Assembly: GCF_022539665.2 (NCBI RefSeq)
Contig: NC_081334.1
Span: 2,914,001-2,978,000 of the forward strand
Direction of reading: 5' to 3'
DNA from: Daphnia carinata
Taxonomy: Eukaryota
DNA: 64,000 nucleotides
The notes under the pieces are model-generated. The model saw only the letters and a list, made by a program, of their open reading frames with translations, had not been told where the DNA came from and made no database searches. Of the stretch, positions 61,512 through 64,000 are shown piece after piece. How positions within the stretch are numbered: the stretch's first letter is position 1; every line of letters begins with the position of its first letter. A program made the position numbers and the translations under genes.

Positions 61512-64000
61512 ATGGATCTCAAGAAAATCAGTGGAGCAGAGTTTTTGCCTTTAGCAAACGCTAAAAATAGACAGCTGCAACAAAAGGTAAAATGTTTTTT
61601 CTGTTTCATGATCTCGATAACTTATTATTTATTTAAACTTATTATTTTTTTTTTTTGGCACTTCTTTTTGCTGACAGGTACGGGACAAACGAAATAGACT
61701 AGCGCAGGTGCTGTTAGAACTTGATCAGAACGAGAACATCATAAAAACTGCTGATGAAGATCTCACGACACTGGAACAAAACACGCAACAAACGAATGTA
61801 AGTGCCTATAATAAGCTGGTAACTTTCACTTTGTTCGATTTAGAAAAATTTGGAACGGTTTTTTTTGAGCAAATTAAGATCACTAGCGATGTCTCTCTTG
61901 CATTAAAGCGTGTGATACAGCATAGCATTCTCCATTTGAATTTGCCATTGTTTTGAAATGACGTCCGCTATAAAAAAATAATTAATAATTAGAGACAAGC
62001 AAGGAATCGTTCTTGTAGAATTCATGGTGAAATGTTATGAGAATTTTTTTTGACGACTTAATCGGCTACTTGTGTTTCTTTAAGGTTCTCGCAAGCAACA
62101 TACGGAGTCAAGTCCGCAAGGAACGTGAAACGCTAAATTTAACAAACAATGAAATCGACACCATAGAACAGGAAACTAAAAAGCTTCAGCAAGCCTTGCA
62201 GCAAACCAAAACGAATTGCCAATTTCATAAGGTTCATAATTCATAAATTTACTTTGGGAATGCTCGTGCTTAAAGTAATAACGAACATCTAGAAAAAGCT
62301 AGCAGAACAGAATCTTGCTTTGGAGAGGCTCAACCAATTCTACGAGGAAGAAGATAAATTCGTGGCTGTTATGGAAAAAATGGTTGAATCTCAATTGGAG
62401 GATCACACTACTCTGGAAAAATATTCCCATCAAGACAACATGACTATCAAGGTTAATTAACACAACAGATTTGGTTGTCGTGTGCTCCGTTAAAATGAAA
62501 TAATTTTTCATTTTTCATGCAGGATTTGGAGATAAAATTAGCTAGAACGAGGGAAGATATCGACGAAATAGAACGTCAGTTTAAAATGGCCAAAGAAGAT
62601 CGCGAAAATACAGCCATCCAGTTGAACAAGATGCAAGAAGAATTTCGAGCCATGACCGAAGATCGCGATCGCAACCTTTTGCAATGGGAGGCGACTATAA
62701 GCCAACTGGATAACTGTAGGAAGCAACTTGATAAATCTCGAGCCGTAAAGATTTTACTACCGCACGTAATTGACGATTGATGTCTCAAAGCATTATTTTT
62801 CTCGTAGGATTATCAAACAGTGAAAGAATTAGCTAATGCCGACCAGAATCGACTTGATAGTATCAATAGGTGCATTAAGCAGTTCCAGGACGACATCAGT
62901 GGTTTGGAACGGGCTTTTCGTGCTAGGGAACTTGTGGCTAACCAAATGAAATTAAAGATAGATGACCTTGATAAAGTACACAGTGAACAGCAATCCGAGG
63001 TTAATATAGTTTTTTAAGAATTCTTATGCCACATATACTTGAGAATAATATTTGTACAGTACGTTGCGTTCGAAAAAGTAGCAAAAAGACTTACAACAGA
63101 AATAATGTCAACAAGGAAAACTGCGGAAAGCCTTAAACAAAAAAGCATCGAAGTTCAAGCTAAATTGGCTGAAGAGCAAGAAAAGTATAAACAACAGGAA
63201 AAAGAGCTGGAGCAGTTCAGGAAGACTGTAGGCTCAGCAAAGGCACAGAAAGAATCCCTCTCACTTCTAGCAAAGGTAAGGTTTAAAAGGCATTTTGATT
63301 GCAAACAAAATATTGAACGTTATTCATTAAAGGCGGCGGATGAGCGCTTTGCGCGCCATCGGAACCATCTTAATCAAATTGCAAACGAATTTGCCAGCGT
63401 TCAAGCTGATATCAGCAATATCAAATCAAAGTTTAACAGCTGTGTCACAGGTGTGCGATTTAACATCCATAGCATTCGAAACCTGGAGAATCAAATATCT
63501 GCCCTTCAACAGAAATTAGTTCAGCAAGAAGAATTGATTTATAATAAGGTAGCAACGTACACATTTTTCTGTCGATTTGTTTCGGGATTAATTTGAAGCT
63601 TTTAACTTTTCTTGTTGCTGAACTGTTCAAAAGAGTATGGACATTGTTCGCATCGAATTAGATTTACGAAGACTACGACATAGCGACGGAGAATATGAAG
63701 AACGAAAATCACAACGTGAGCAGATTGATGCTTTAAAGTTCGACATAGATGCTGCTAATTCAGTTCTAGTTGCTCTGAAATACGAACTATCAAAAACCCA
63801 GGTAGGGTTCGGATTGCCAATGAAGTTGTTTAGCTTTAGTGCCTAGAGAATCAATTAAATACTCTTGCCATTTCGTTAGAGTGATGCAATGGGATTACAG
63901 CGAAGCTGTGATATTCAACAACAAAAAAAGAACGTCATGCAAACACTATCCAAGCAGCTGGAATCTGAGTGCCAAAGTCGTGAAAGAGAAAGTCGTGATC
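61512..64000 (+). CDS. CCDC39: Coiled-coil domain-containing protein 39 (axonemal 96-nm ruler subunit), 5' part, runs off window
   Basis: LPLANAKN (cf. IPVANEEN), EDHTTLEKYSHQDNMTIKDL (cf. D.LTLQKYAQQDDNKIRAL), IQLNKMQEEFRAMTEDRDRNLLQWEATISQL (cf. [31 protein letters not shown]), compared from memory with vertebrate CCDC39. Long coiled coil over many short exons. Confidence 0.75.

Overview
Eukaryotic DNA from an arthropod, most likely the crustacean Daphnia. This is inferred from ~55-90 nt GT-AG introns, AT-rich compact genes and protein content; the species cannot be proven from this window alone. The window has three zones. (1) About 1-12.5 kb is accessory or decayed sequence with no recognisable intact gene. 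It holds a tRNA-like element, two GC-rich islands of back-to-back hairpins (one closed by an 18-bp inverted repeat flanked by TTAA), a (Gly-Asp)/(Ser-Pro) repeat, DNA-transposon-like fragments and a tandem array of about 10 CTCF-like motifs. (2) About 12.5-37.5 kb is a gene desert around a single-exon foxQ2 (fd102C-type) forkhead gene, with a downstream cluster of POU octamer sites. (3) About 37.6-64 kb is gene-dense: seven tandem six-exon non-catalytic serine-protease homologs, two SCAMP paralogs, ARL14EP, spaetzle-6, eIF3j and the 5' part of CCDC39 with RFX X-boxes upstream. Exon joins and folds were worked out by eye, and coordinates of spliced genes run from start to stop codon.
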